Shown piece by piece: positions 1-9,419 of a stretch of DNA of 64,000 nt. Numbering within the stretch: position 1 is the first letter of the stretch; every line of letters starts with the position of its first letter. The notes under the pieces were generated by a model, which saw only the letters and a program-made list of their open reading frames with translations, was not told the origin of the DNA and did no database searches. Position numbers and translations under genes: made by a program. Source of the stretch: Longimicrobiales bacterium (GTDB lineage: Bacteria > Gemmatimonadota > Gemmatimonadetes > Longimicrobiales > Gaopeijiaceae); NCBI GenBank assembly GCA_965198065.1, contig CBDAON010000004.1, positions 1,024,001-1,088,000 on the forward strand, in the 5' to 3' direction.

Positions 1-18
1 TCTTCCGGACGGGGTGGC

Positions 19-1644
19 GTGAGCCAGCGCTCCAAAACGCTCGCGATCCTTCTCGCCTCGCTCCCGGCGATCGCCCCGACGACCGTCGTGGGCCAGCTCC
101 AGGCCGGGGATCGGTTCCCCCTCCAGAGCGAGATTCTCCGGTACATCAACGCCCCGGGCTGGCGAAGCAGCCAGTGGGGTGTGCTCGCTATCTCGCTCGA
201 AAGCGGGGACACCCTGGTGGCGGTGGACCCCGGCGCCTCGCTTACGCCCGCCTCGAACCAGAAGCTCTTCACGACCGCCGCAGCGCTGGACCGGCTGGGG
301 CCGGGGTTCCGTTTCCCGACGTACCTTCTGACGGACGGGGTCGTGCGTGATGGGGTGCTGGAAGGAGATCTGGTTCTCTACGGCACGGGCGACCCCGGGC
401 TCTCCGATCGTTTTTTCGACTCTCCGACCGACCCGCTGCGCTCGTTCGCGCGGCAGCTCGTCGCTGGCGGGATTCACACCGTCACCGGCAATGTGGTCGG
501 GGACGGCACGTATTTCCAGGGACCGTCGCGTCGCGACTCCTGGGGAGGGTTGGACAACTGGTACGCGGCGCCCGTGTCCGCGCTTACGTTACAGGAGAAC
601 GTGGTGCGGCTCCGCATTCAGCCCGCGGCTGAGGGGGGCCGCCCGGCCCGTGTCCTTGCTATCCCGGACGGCGCCGCGCTGGACATCGTGAACACGAGCC
701 GCACCGTGGCCGGGAGTCCACGCCGGCGGCTCGTGGTGACGAGGGACGACCCGGACGACCCGATCGAGGTTCGGGGCGAGATGGCGGTCGGCCAGGGTGA
801 CATCTGGAGAGTGATCACGGTCTCCGACCCGGCCATGCACACCGCTTCGGTATTCCACCGGGTCCTGGCAGAGGAGGGCGTCCGCGTTCTGGGGCGGGCG
901 CGTCCCGTCGCACATCGAGACGGCTCGCGGGTCACGGGCGGTCGGATCGTCGCCCCCGCGTTCGGGAGCAGGCCGACCCGGCCGCTTCGGACCGTGGCGG
1001 TGCATAACTCGCCGCCGCTCCCCGAATTGCTCGGTGTCATGAACCGGGTGAGCCACAACCTGTTCTCCGAGCTCTTTATCTTCACTCTCGGGCGGATCGC
1101 GGAGGGAGACGGCTCGTTCGATGGCGGAAGCCGCGCGATGACGGAGTACCTGGTGCGGACGGTCGGCACCCTGGACGGTGACCTAAGGGTGGTGGACGGC
1201 TCTGGCCTCTCGCGGCGCAATCGCGCCACGCCGTCGGCGTTCGTGCGCCTCTTCACGTACGTGGCCGGCTCGACGTTCGCTGACGACTTCTGGGCCTCCC
1301 TCCCCGTGGCCGGAAACCGACTCCAGCTGGGGCGAATGTACAACACCGCCGCGGCAGGCAACCTCCGCGCAAAGACGGGGACGATCCGACGCGTGTCCGC
1401 CCTGTCCGGCGTAGTAAGGACGGCGGGGGGCGAGGCCGTCCTGTTCAGCATCGTCTCGAACGGCGTCCCGTACACCAACCAGGCGAAACGGATCGAGGAC
1501 CAGATCGGGATCCGCCTGGCGTCGTTCTCGAGGGACGGCCCACCCTCCGAGCCGCGCTTTGCCGTGGTCGAGTATGGAGACTATGGCCCCAGGATCGTGG
1601 AGCCGCTGGCCCGAGTCGAGGAAGAAGCGCTGACCCGCCGCTGA
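19..1644 (+). CDS. dacB: D-alanyl-D-alanine carboxypeptidase/endopeptidase (PBP4, peptidase S13)
   Basis: Signal peptide; PASNQK (SxxK), SHN (SxN), AKTGT (KTG) and DGSGLSR motifs typical of S13. Confidence 0.93.
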   Translation: MSQRSKTLAILLASLPAIAPTTVVGQLQAGDRFPLQSEILRYINAPGWRSSQWGVLAISLESGDTLVAVDPGASLTPASNQKLFTTAAALDRLGPGFRFPTYLLTDGVVRDGVLEGDLVLYGTGDPGLSDRFFDSPTDPLRSFARQLVAGGIHTVTGNVVGDGTYFQGPSRRDSWGGLDNWYAAPVSALTLQENVVRLRIQPAAEGGRPARVLAIPDGAALDIVNTSRTVAGSPRRRLVVTRDDPDDPIEVRGEMAVGQGDIWRVITVSDPAMHTASVFHRVLAEEGVRVLGRARPVAHRDGSRVTGGRIVAPAFGSRPTRPLRTVAVHNSPPLPELLGVMNRVSHNLFSELFIFTLGRIAEGDGSFDGGSRAMTEYLVRTVGTLDGDLRVVDGSGLSRRNRATPSAFVRLFTYVAGSTFADDFWASLPVAGNRLQLGRMYNTAAAGNLRAKTGTIRRVSALSGVVRTAGGEAVLFSIVSNGVPYTNQAKRIEDQIGIRLASFSRDGPPSEPRFAVVEYGDYGPRIVEPLARVEEEALTRR

Positions 1645-1667
1645 GTGTTCGCGGAAGCGCGACCCCA

Positions 1668-1973
1668 CTACCCACTTTGCCCGACGATCGACGCGCTCAA
1701 GGGCACAGCCGAGGATCCGGCCCGCCCACGGGCCCAGTGGATCCGTCGCAAGATCTCTACAGTGGAGATCGTCTCCAGGGTGCGCCTCGCGGTCTTCTCG
1801 CTGTTCCATCGCACGTCGTCCAGGACCACCCCGGTCTGGTCTCCTCCTTCCGACGCCCTCACCCAGAACGCATAGCGTCCCTTGAAGTCCAGGCCAGGGC
1901 GGGCCCTGACACCGACCACCCAGACCCGGCCCGTCTCGTCCTCGACCTCGCGCATGGGTTCCACCTCACGCAT
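1668..1973 (-). CDS. Small hypothetical protein (about 95-101 aa)
   Basis: Protein-like composition (MREVEDETGRVWVVGV...VRWNSEKTARRTL); GAGGAG RBS-like sequence; start overlaps the stop of the upstream Zn-ribbon gene. Confidence 0.7.
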   Translation of the reverse strand: MREVEPMREVEDETGRVWVVGVRARPGLDFKGRYAFWVRASEGGDQTGVVLDDVRWNSEKTARRTLETISTVEILRRIHWARGRAGSSAVPLSASIVGQSG

Positions 1974-2841
1974 GGCTCCGCTCCTCCGTTTCTTCTCCGG
2001 GCTCCCCCGGCGCCAGCGGACGGGGTGTCCGAATCTCCGAGAAGTCGAAGACGATCAGCCCCTCGTCCGTCACCTCGGACCGCACGCGGAAACCGTCGTC
2101 GAGCGAGAAGAGGATCCGCTCGGCCGCGGCGATGGAGACGTCCAGCTCGGAAGCCACGTCCGTCGCGGTCAACTGGCCTCCTCGGGCCCCGGCCAAGCGG
2201 ACGGTCTCCCGCTCGAGCGCCCGGAGGAGCGCCTCTCTCCGCCGTCTTCGAGCGGACCATCCCCATGCGATGAGGGAGGCCCCCGCCAGCCCGACGACCG
2301 ACCCGACTACCCCGAGCATCGCATCGGCGTTCAGGAGCCCGACCCCAAACAACAGCAGCGCCGTGAGCGCGAGCGAGACCCCCAGGAAGCGGCGGAGTCC
2401 CCCACCTCCCCCCGGCAGGCCCTCGGGCTCCCCCCGACGCGAGGGCAATCTGCCGAGACGGCCGGGCCGCCCACCCGCCCCGACCCCGCGAACGGCGGAG
2501 GCTACGGCGCGGGCACCGGCTACGGGGGCTGGGACCGGACCGCCTGCGCGTCGTCCCCTCCACGATATCCCGCACGAAGGGCAGACGAGGCTCCCACGCT
2601 TCATCAGCCAAAAGACGAGACCCCCGGCCCCGTACGTGAAGAGCGCCACGCCCACGAGGAGGAGGGCATGCCCCGCGCGCTGGAAGTATCGCACGCCTTC
2701 CCCACGATACCCGCAGCCAGGGCACACGAGGACGAGCGGCGAGCCCGGGAGGCCACTCCCGGCTGCGCCCGATGCCGCCCCGCAGCGGGCACAAAAAGGC
2801 GATCCCTCGTCGAGTGGGCTCCCGCAGGACCAGCAGAACAC
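1966..2841 (-). CDS. Zinc-ribbon membrane protein with LITAF-like CxxC-hydrophobic-CxxC module and C-terminal winged-helix-like domain
   Basis: CWSC..CARC, CPGC-(hydrophobic)-CPSC, two further TM-like segments, C-terminal LTATDVASELDVSIAAAERIL..VRSEVTDEGLIVFDF. Confidence 0.75.
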   Translation of the reverse strand: MFCWSCGSPLDEGSPFCARCGAASGAAGSGLPGSPLVLVCPGCGYRGEGVRYFQRAGHALLLVGVALFTYGAGGLVFWLMKRGSLVCPSCGISWRGRRAGGPVPAPVAGARAVASAVRGVGAGGRPGRLGRLPSRRGEPEGLPGGGGGLRRFLGVSLALTALLLFGVGLLNADAMLGVVGSVVGLAGASLIAWGWSARRRRREALLRALERETVRLAGARGGQLTATDVASELDVSIAAAERILFSLDDGFRVRSEVTDEGLIVFDFSEIRTPRPLAPGEPGEETEERSHA

Positions 2842-2924
2842 GCGCGTGCCTCTCCCGTCTTCAGCGATGCGCCGGACGTGGTCTTCTCCCCTCCGGAACC
2901 CTACGAATGAGGTCTGTCGAGGAT

Positions 2925-3989
2925 TCAGCGCACCCGATCGAGCTCCACCAGGTCCAGGATCGGACTCCCGGTGAAGGCGGCGGCTCCCGAGCGGACCCGG
3001 CCCAGCACGCGAATTCGCTCGAGGGGAGAGAGGACTCCCATCTCGGCTAGCCTCTCCGGCGGGATCGCCACGTAGACGAATGAGCGATCCTCGTCGAGGG
3101 AGCGAGCGAGCAGGAAGGGTTCGCCCTCGTAGAAGTCGGTCCTGACCTGCTCGGCGCGCTCCAGGGAAATGAACTGCAGATCAACCTCCACCAACCGCCC
3201 CCGAAGCCGCTCGAAATCAGTGGAGAGGTCGCTTACCTGGATCCCCTCGAGGACGGGGGCAGCGTTCGGCTCCGGAACTGAATCTGGGCTGAAGGAGGGA
3301 ACCCAGACCCACCCGTCGAGCTGCACCCGGGCCCAGTTCCCCTCGCGCGCCAGAATCCGGACCTCGGACCCCGCCCCGACCGTTCCCAGCGTGTCGCCGT
3401 CCGGAGCGCTCAGGATCGGTCCTCCCCCGGCGCTGCTCCGTAGCCAGTGCTGGCCGCCGGCGATGGCGGCAGGAGCTCCCGCTAGCGGCACGTAGGGGGG
3501 GGGCTCCGCGGTCGCCGGCTCCGAGGCCGGGGCCGCGGCCACCTCGAGGGACGGGGTCCAGATCCACCCCGTCCGCCGGATGCGCACCCATCCCGGCACG
3601 CGTTCCAGCTCCTCGAGCAGGGTTCCCTCTTCCAGACGGCCGCCAATGCGGCCGGCGGGCTCCTCTCTCAGGTTCTCTCCGCCGGGCACCGCCACGGCCA
3701 GACCCAGGTCTCCCGGGTCTCGGGCCTGCAGGGAGGCGAGCCAGACGAAGCCCTCCAGCGTCACTTGGCTCCAGTTTCCCTCGGTGGAACCCACGACCAC
3801 GCGCGTCCCCGAATAGAGGCGACCGAGGATCATTCCGTTGGGCTCGCCGCGAAAGTTCTCCTCGATCCCAAGGGACGCTTCCTGCCCAGCGACCGGGGCA
3901 GCCGGCACTGAGGCCAAGCACAACCCGCTCAGGAGGAGGACCTCCAGACCGGCTCGCGACCGTCCGGGCCTCGGGTCTCGCGTTAGCAT
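2925..3989 (-). CDS. Secreted protein with three SH3b-like repeats and a C-terminal OB-fold-like domain
   Basis: Signal peptide after ATG 3989; repeats EGNWSQVTLEGFVW / VPGWVRIRRTGWIW / EGNWARVQLDGWVW. Confidence 0.75.
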   Translation of the reverse strand: MLTRDPRPGRSRAGLEVLLLSGLCLASVPAAPVAGQEASLGIEENFRGEPNGMILGRLYSGTRVVVGSTEGNWSQVTLEGFVWLASLQARDPGDLGLAVAVPGGENLREEPAGRIGGRLEEGTLLEELERVPGWVRIRRTGWIWTPSLEVAAAPASEPATAEPPPYVPLAGAPAAIAGGQHWLRSSAGGGPILSAPDGDTLGTVGAGSEVRILAREGNWARVQLDGWVWVPSFSPDSVPEPNAAPVLEGIQVSDLSTDFERLRGRLVEVDLQFISLERAEQVRTDFYEGEPFLLARSLDEDRSFVYVAIPPERLAEMGVLSPLERIRVLGRVRSGAAAFTGSPILDLVELDRVR

Positions 3990-4113
3990 CGTGAAACGAA
4001 CCCAGGGTGACCGGGTTACGTGGATCGAGGGTCTCGAAATGTCGCGCGGTCCGGAGGGCGAGTCAAACCCGCCCACTGGACAGCGGATCACCGGAAACCC
4101 CTACCGGACACCG

Positions 4114-4818
4114 ATGCGGAATCCACTCCCGTCTCCCCGGCTGCTGGGCCTCGCCCTCGCGGCATCGATACTCGTCGGAGTCGCTCCGCTCGCCGGTCAG
4201 ACGATCCCCTCGCCGTACCGTTTCATCGAGTCGCGCCACGACGCGGGGCTCTTCGTGGGTGGCGTGCAGGGAGACCGCGGAGCGCTGCGCCTTGGCCCGG
4301 GCGCGGGACTGATGACCGGCGCCCGGTACGGCATCCACGCGACCGGCCCCCTCACGTTCGAGGCCTCGACTTTCCTCCTGGTGTCCGATCGGGAGGTCTA
4401 CACGCCCGACGGCGCCGGAGGCCTCCGGCGCCTGGGCACGGCGAACTCATACGTGGGTAGCGCGCAGGTGCTCGTGCGCCTCACGGTGACGGGCTCCCGC
4501 ACGTGGCATGGGCTCGCCCCCTTCCTTCTGGCGGGCGGGGGGCTGACAGGTGACTTCGCCGGCCCGTCCGACCTGGAAGCCGACTTCCGGAGGGGCGAGC
4601 GTTACGATTTCGGACCGGCGATGATCGTGACGCTCGGGGCCGGAACCCGGTGGTACGTCACCGATCGTCTGAGCTTCCGCCTGGAGGGGGTTTTCCACCT
4701 TTGGAGACTGACGACCCCGCGCTCCTTTGTGCAGAGCGTGACCGAGCTGGGTCCCGTGTCGGACCACGAGTGGCCGAGGACAGCGGGGATCGTGGGCGGC
4801 GTCCACCTGGGGTTCTGA
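4114..4818 (+). CDS. Outer-membrane beta-barrel protein
   Basis: Signal peptide, alternating amphipathic strands, C-terminal Phe (GVHLGF). Confidence 0.75.
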   Translation: MRNPLPSPRLLGLALAASILVGVAPLAGQTIPSPYRFIESRHDAGLFVGGVQGDRGALRLGPGAGLMTGARYGIHATGPLTFEASTFLLVSDREVYTPDGAGGLRRLGTANSYVGSAQVLVRLTVTGSRTWHGLAPFLLAGGGLTGDFAGPSDLEADFRRGERYDFGPAMIVTLGAGTRWYVTDRLSFRLEGVFHLWRLTTPRSFVQSVTELGPVSDHEWPRTAGIVGGVHLGF

Positions 4819-4880
4819 GCCAACCGTTCGCCAAGCGCCGCTTTCCTCTCGGGAATCGGCGAGGATCCAGCTACCAAGCG

Positions 4881-6188
4881 ATGCGAACGTTCGAGACGAG
4901 GCGCGCGGACTCGATCCCCTTCTCCGAGGCGCTGGACCGCGTCCTCCGGGGCTCCCCACCCCTGACCCCTCGGACGATCCCGCCCGGCGAAGCCGCAGGC
5001 CTGGCGGCCGCTAGCAAGGTCCGGAGCACCTTGACGCTTCCCCCGGGTCCAACGTCGCACATGGATGGGTACGTGGTCCGGGCAGTCGAGCTCGTGGAGT
5101 CCGAGCGGTCCTCCTGGCCCAGGACGTTTCGTGTCGTCGGAGACAGCCTGCCGGGCGCCCCATGGACGCTTCCGATGCCCCCGGGCTCCGCCGTCCGGAT
5201 CATGACGGGGGCGCTCCTTCCCGAGGAGGCGGACCGGGTCTTTCCGGTCGAGGACACGGACGGCGAGTCCGCAAGTGCCGGACAGGTCCGAATCGGAGGC
5301 ATCCGGGCCGCCGACGAGCCCTGGTCCGTTCCCGGCCGGCACGTCCGCCCTCCAGGAGAGGAGGTCCGGGAGGGAGAGCTCCTAGCCGCCCCCGGGGACA
5401 CCCTCGAGTTTGGGCTCCTCGGGCTTCTCGCCACGAGCGGAGCGGGGGCAATCGAGGCGCACCCCCGCCCCCGCGTCGCGCTTGTCGCGACCGGGAGCGA
5501 GCTGGTTCCGCCCGGCAGCGTGGAGGCGCTGGAGCGCGGAATCCGCCGCGCCGACATCCTGTCAACCATGCTGCCGCTCTTGATCCGGGCCGGAGGGGCC
5601 GCTCCCCTTCCCCCCCGCCGCGTGGCGGACGAGCCTGGGGCGCTCAGGGCCGCACTCGAGGAGGCGGCCGAGGAGGCGGACCTCATCGTCACGACGGGAG
5701 GTGCGTCCATGGGTACCGCGGACCTGGTGAAGGACGTGCTGGACGACCTCGGCTTCGTTCTCGACTTCTGGCGAATCCGCATGCGCCCGGGGAGCCCGGT
5801 GAGCTTCGGGCACCTGTCGATGATCCCCGTCCTCGGCCTGCCCGGGAATCCGGTTTCGGCCGTCGTCTCGTACCTCGTCCTCGGCCACCCGGCGGTACGG
5901 GCCCGAGGGGGACACAGGGGTCGCCACCTCCCGCGGATCCGCGCGGCGGTGCGCGAGCCCCTCCCGGGACCCGATCACCTGACCCGCTTCTTCCGGGTGG
6001 CCCTGGAGCCCGAGGGAGAGGGACGGTGGGGAGCCCGCCCGGCCGCTCCACAGGGCTCGGGTGTCATCCGGAGCCTGGCCCTGGCGGACGGTCTGGCCGT
6101 GGTCCCGGAGGGCGCCCCCTCGCCCCAGCCGGGGACGAAAGTGGAGGTCCTCCTCGTGCCCCGCGCCGGCTGGCCGGAGAACCGGTGA
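4881..6188 (+). CDS. moeA: Molybdopterin molybdotransferase
   Basis: SHMDGY, RIMTGA, ATGSEL, TGGASMG, MRPGSP and LPGNPVSA motifs. Confidence 0.93.
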   Translation: MRTFETRRADSIPFSEALDRVLRGSPPLTPRTIPPGEAAGLAAASKVRSTLTLPPGPTSHMDGYVVRAVELVESERSSWPRTFRVVGDSLPGAPWTLPMPPGSAVRIMTGALLPEEADRVFPVEDTDGESASAGQVRIGGIRAADEPWSVPGRHVRPPGEEVREGELLAAPGDTLEFGLLGLLATSGAGAIEAHPRPRVALVATGSELVPPGSVEALERGIRRADILSTMLPLLIRAGGAAPLPPRRVADEPGALRAALEEAAEEADLIVTTGGASMGTADLVKDVLDDLGFVLDFWRIRMRPGSPVSFGHLSMIPVLGLPGNPVSAVVSYLVLGHPAVRARGGHRGRHLPRIRAAVREPLPGPDHLTRFFRVALEPEGEGRWGARPAAPQGSGVIRSLALADGLAVVPEGAPSPQPGTKVEVLLVPRAGWPENR

Positions 6189-6622
6189 GGCCTCTCGGCC
6201 GGGCCTGGCTCTTCCCTCTCGCGCTCTGCGCGTGCGCGACCCCCGGCCTTCCCGTCGAGGACGAGGTTTCATCCCCCTTCGGGATCCGCTGGGAGGGGAT
6301 TCTCCCCGGTGTCCATCGGGGCGTGGACCTGCGCGCTGCCGAGGGAACGCCCGTGCGGGCCATGGCGGCCGGGCGAATCCGGTTCGCCGGCGTGATGGAC
6401 GGATACGGGAACGTGGTCTGGATCGACCATCCGGGCGGGGTGATCAGCGTCTACGCGCATCTCTCCCGCATCGACGTCGCGGCCGGCTCCCAGGTGGGCC
6501 GCCGGGACTTGGTGGGCCTTAGCGGCAGCACCGGGAGCGTGACGGGGCCGCACCTCCACTTCGAGATCTGGAAGGGGAGGCGGCCCGTGGACCCGATCCA
6601 GTATCTCGGGCAGAGACCGTAG
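6185..6622 (+). CDS. M23 family metallopeptidase (probable lipoprotein)
   Basis: HRGVD, YAHL and GPHLHFE zinc motifs; GTG overlaps the moeA stop (GTGA); lipobox-like LCAC. Confidence 0.88.
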   Translation: MRPLGRAWLFPLALCACATPGLPVEDEVSSPFGIRWEGILPGVHRGVDLRAAEGTPVRAMAAGRIRFAGVMDGYGNVVWIDHPGGVISVYAHLSRIDVAAGSQVGRRDLVGLSGSTGSVTGPHLHFEIWKGRRPVDPIQYLGQRP

Positions 6623-6706
6623 GTCGCGCTGCCGAGGCAGAGGACATCCCGCTGGGGCACGACCGCCGGCCGCGAAGGGGCGAGCAGCGGCCGCCGACTC
6701 TGGACC

Positions 6707-7378
6707 TCAGCTGTGGGAACGCGAAACGTCCGGGTGACCGGCAAGGAAGAAGCGGAGAGGCCAGTCCCAGGCTTCACGGATCCCGATCCGCCCCGACACC
6801 CCGATCTCCTCCCCCGGCTCGAGCGTCCCGTCCAGAAGCAAGAGCGGGGGTGTCCAGAGGGGATGCTCGTTCAACTCCCCGTCGATCGCCAGGGCCTCGC
6901 AAAGCCGGGCCGGTCCGTTCGCGACGTCACGCTCCCGCCCCCGGCGGTCTATCATGACGTCAGCCCCAAAAAGCGGCTCCAGAGCACGGATCAGGACCGC
7001 CTGAGGGTCGCCCCTCTGCCCGGCGACCACGTTGAAGCACCAGTGCATCCCGTAGACGAAGTACACGTACGAGGTGGCGGCGGGGCCGAACATCGGGGCG
7101 TTCCGGCGCGTGATGCCCGATCGGGTGGCGGCATGGCAGGCAGGGTCGTGCGGGCCGACGTACGCCTCGGTTTCGACGATCCGACCGCCCGTCGGCGTCC
7201 CCCCGACCAAAGAGACGAGCCGACAGCCGAGGAGGCGGCGGGCTAGGGCTTCGGCCCCCTCCTCCGCGAGCTCGGGATCGAGCACCTCGCCGAACGGGAG
7301 AGCCGTGGGGGCGTCCGGGGCATCGGGGGACCGACCCGCCCGGAGCCCTGCGGAACCGGGCGCGCGGGCGGGGCTCAC
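6707..7378 (-). CDS. mpg: 3-methyladenine DNA glycosylase (MPG/AAG family)
   Basis: IVETEAY, YVYFVYGMHWCFNVV, AVLIRALEP, NGPARLC and RIGI motifs. Confidence 0.93.
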   Translation of the reverse strand: MSPARAPGSAGLRAGRSPDAPDAPTALPFGEVLDPELAEEGAEALARRLLGCRLVSLVGGTPTGGRIVETEAYVGPHDPACHAATRSGITRRNAPMFGPAATSYVYFVYGMHWCFNVVAGQRGDPQAVLIRALEPLFGADVMIDRRGRERDVANGPARLCEALAIDGELNEHPLWTPPLLLLDGTLEPGEEIGVSGRIGIREAWDWPLRFFLAGHPDVSRSHS

Positions 7379-9297
7379 CCGTCCCCGCGTGTCCTCCGAC
7401 TCCTGTGTGCGCTCACCGCCGAAGCCACCTCCGAGCCGGACCCGCCCGCGCCGGCGGCTTCCCCTTCGATGGGAACGCCCCCATGGCGGGCCTTCCGGCG
7501 CTCCAAATCCGCTTCCCAGCCCTGGAGCACCTTTTCGGCGCGGGCCGGTGGGAGGAGAGCCTCTACGCGGGCGGGACTCGTTTGGAGCACCACGAAGAGC
7601 TCCTCTCCGAGGGCGCTCACGAGTGCCTCCGCGGTCCTCTCTCCGACTCCGGCGTACGAATTCGTGAGGTACTGCACCATGCTCTCCCGGTCGGTCGGAA
7701 GGTGGAGCGAGGCCGGATAGAGCACCGGACCGGTCGGGCGCCTTTCCCCGGAGAGGGGTCCCTGGACCCCGGGAGCGCCGGCGCCCGCCGGCTGCGCCCG
7801 GGCGCTTCCACGGCCTGGCACCGCCTGCCCCTCGAAGATCGGCGGCTCGCTCTCGGCGCCCCCCCGCCGACCCGCATCCCGGGGACGGAGGAGCCTGGAC
7901 CAGAACCCGCCACGCTCCGCCAGCGGGGGTGACTGGTCGGCCCGACTAGAGGCAGCGTTGCCGTCTCCGGGAGTCGCGTCGGTAACGGGAGGGGCCGGTG
8001 ACGGCCCGCGCTCCCCGGTCGCCGCTTCGTCGCCCCCGAACCCCGAAGGCCCGATCCCCGCCCCCGCGCCCGGGGAGGAAACCGTGACTTGGTAGTTTCC
8101 GTCCTCACCCTTGGCCAGGGTCACGACCTCGTGGTCGTGGGCCTGACGGAGGAAGCGCGAAAACTTGGGGAAGCCGAGCTCGCCCTCGTCAAAGCCCGGG
8201 TCGAAGACGAGCATGCGGCGCTTCACGTCGGAGTCCCGCACGGAGTCCGAGCCCTGGTCGTCTAGGAGTGCGGCAACGGCCTTCCGGAGCAGATCGTACG
8301 CCGGCTCGAGCTCCCCCGGGGCACGGCCTGGCGTCGCCGGAAGCTCGGACTCACCCTCCGGAGAGGGGACGGCCTCGGTCCGTCGCGTCGCGACCTCACG
8401 GGAGGATCCGCCGTCCCGCGCCTCGCGAGCGCTCTTCCCGTCTGCCTCGGGCCGGCCTCGCCCGCCCCTTCCGCGGTCCGAGCGACGGGCATCCTTCCGC
8501 TCCTCGCCGCGGCGCCTACCTCCCGACCCAGAGACGAGCTCGTACTGCCCGTTGTCCATCTTATGGAGCCGTACGAGCCCCCTGGATGACGCCTCCGAGA
8601 GGAACTTTGAGAACTTGCTGAAGCCCAGGCTCTTCTCATCGAACCCGGGATCGATCTCGAGCATTACCTGCTTCAGCCGATCAGAGCGCATCACGTCGCT
8701 GCGCTTGATCATCTGCTCGACCGCCTGCTCCACCAGGACCCACGGATCCGTCGGGCTCACGCCCGACTCGTCCGTCTTCCTCAAGCCGGAAAGCGTGGTG
8801 TACGAGTAGTACTCATCGCAGTTCTGGACCAGGATGTCCGAGGAGGACTCCTGGATCCCGACCCCGATCACGTACTTCCCGTACTCCTTCAGCTTGAGCA
8901 CGAGGGAGGAGAAGTCCGAGTCTCCCGTGAGGAGGATGAAGGTCCCGATCTCGGGGCGGGTGAAGACCAGCTCGATCCCGTCGATGGCCATCCGGATGTC
9001 GGTGGCGTTCTTCTTGTTGCTCCCATACGCGGGGGCGAAGATCAGGTCGATCGAGGCCTCCGAGAGCGGGACGATGTACTGGGGGTAGCGGCGCCAGTCG
9101 GCGTACGCTCGCTGCACGGTGACCTTCCCTCGGATGACCTCGGAGTTGAGGAGGTTCTTCAGCTCCTTCGAAAGGTCGCTCCGCATCCCCATCGTGACGT
9201 TGTCGAAGTCGATGAGGAGGGCAGCGTTCGGGTGGGAGGAATGTACGGCGGCCGTGGCTCCCTCGATGTAGGGAGCCCTGGAAAGGGACTTATTCAT
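7375..9297 (-). CDS. NYN (LabA/DUF88) ribonuclease with two OST-HTH/LOTUS domains and a C-terminal HhH-like module
   Basis: IDFDN, RAYADW, KNATD, TGDSDF; two DPGFDE..LGF.KFS.FL repeats; YAGVGERTAEALV. Confidence 0.88.
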   Translation of the reverse strand: MNKSLSRAPYIEGATAAVHSSHPNAALLIDFDNVTMGMRSDLSKELKNLLNSEVIRGKVTVQRAYADWRRYPQYIVPLSEASIDLIFAPAYGSNKKNATDIRMAIDGIELVFTRPEIGTFILLTGDSDFSSLVLKLKEYGKYVIGVGIQESSSDILVQNCDEYYSYTTLSGLRKTDESGVSPTDPWVLVEQAVEQMIKRSDVMRSDRLKQVMLEIDPGFDEKSLGFSKFSKFLSEASSRGLVRLHKMDNGQYELVSGSGGRRRGEERKDARRSDRGRGGRGRPEADGKSAREARDGGSSREVATRRTEAVPSPEGESELPATPGRAPGELEPAYDLLRKAVAALLDDQGSDSVRDSDVKRRMLVFDPGFDEGELGFPKFSRFLRQAHDHEVVTLAKGEDGNYQVTVSSPGAGAGIGPSGFGGDEAATGERGPSPAPPVTDATPGDGNAASSRADQSPPLAERGGFWSRLLRPRDAGRRGGAESEPPIFEGQAVPGRGSARAQPAGAGAPGVQGPLSGERRPTGPVLYPASLHLPTDRESMVQYLTNSYAGVGERTAEALVSALGEELFVVLQTSPARVEALLPPARAEKVLQGWEADLERRKARHGGVPIEGEAAGAGGSGSEVASAVSAHRSRRTRGDG

Positions 9298-9419
9298 GGC
9301 TTGTACGTGCGCTCTCGCAGCAGTAGTTGGAAACTCGCTTGCCCCCTCACGGGGCCCTGCCGCGAAACCTCCCCACCCCCCCTCCGCCTCTGGCGGAGGA
9401 GCGGGTCGAGGGAAGTCTC

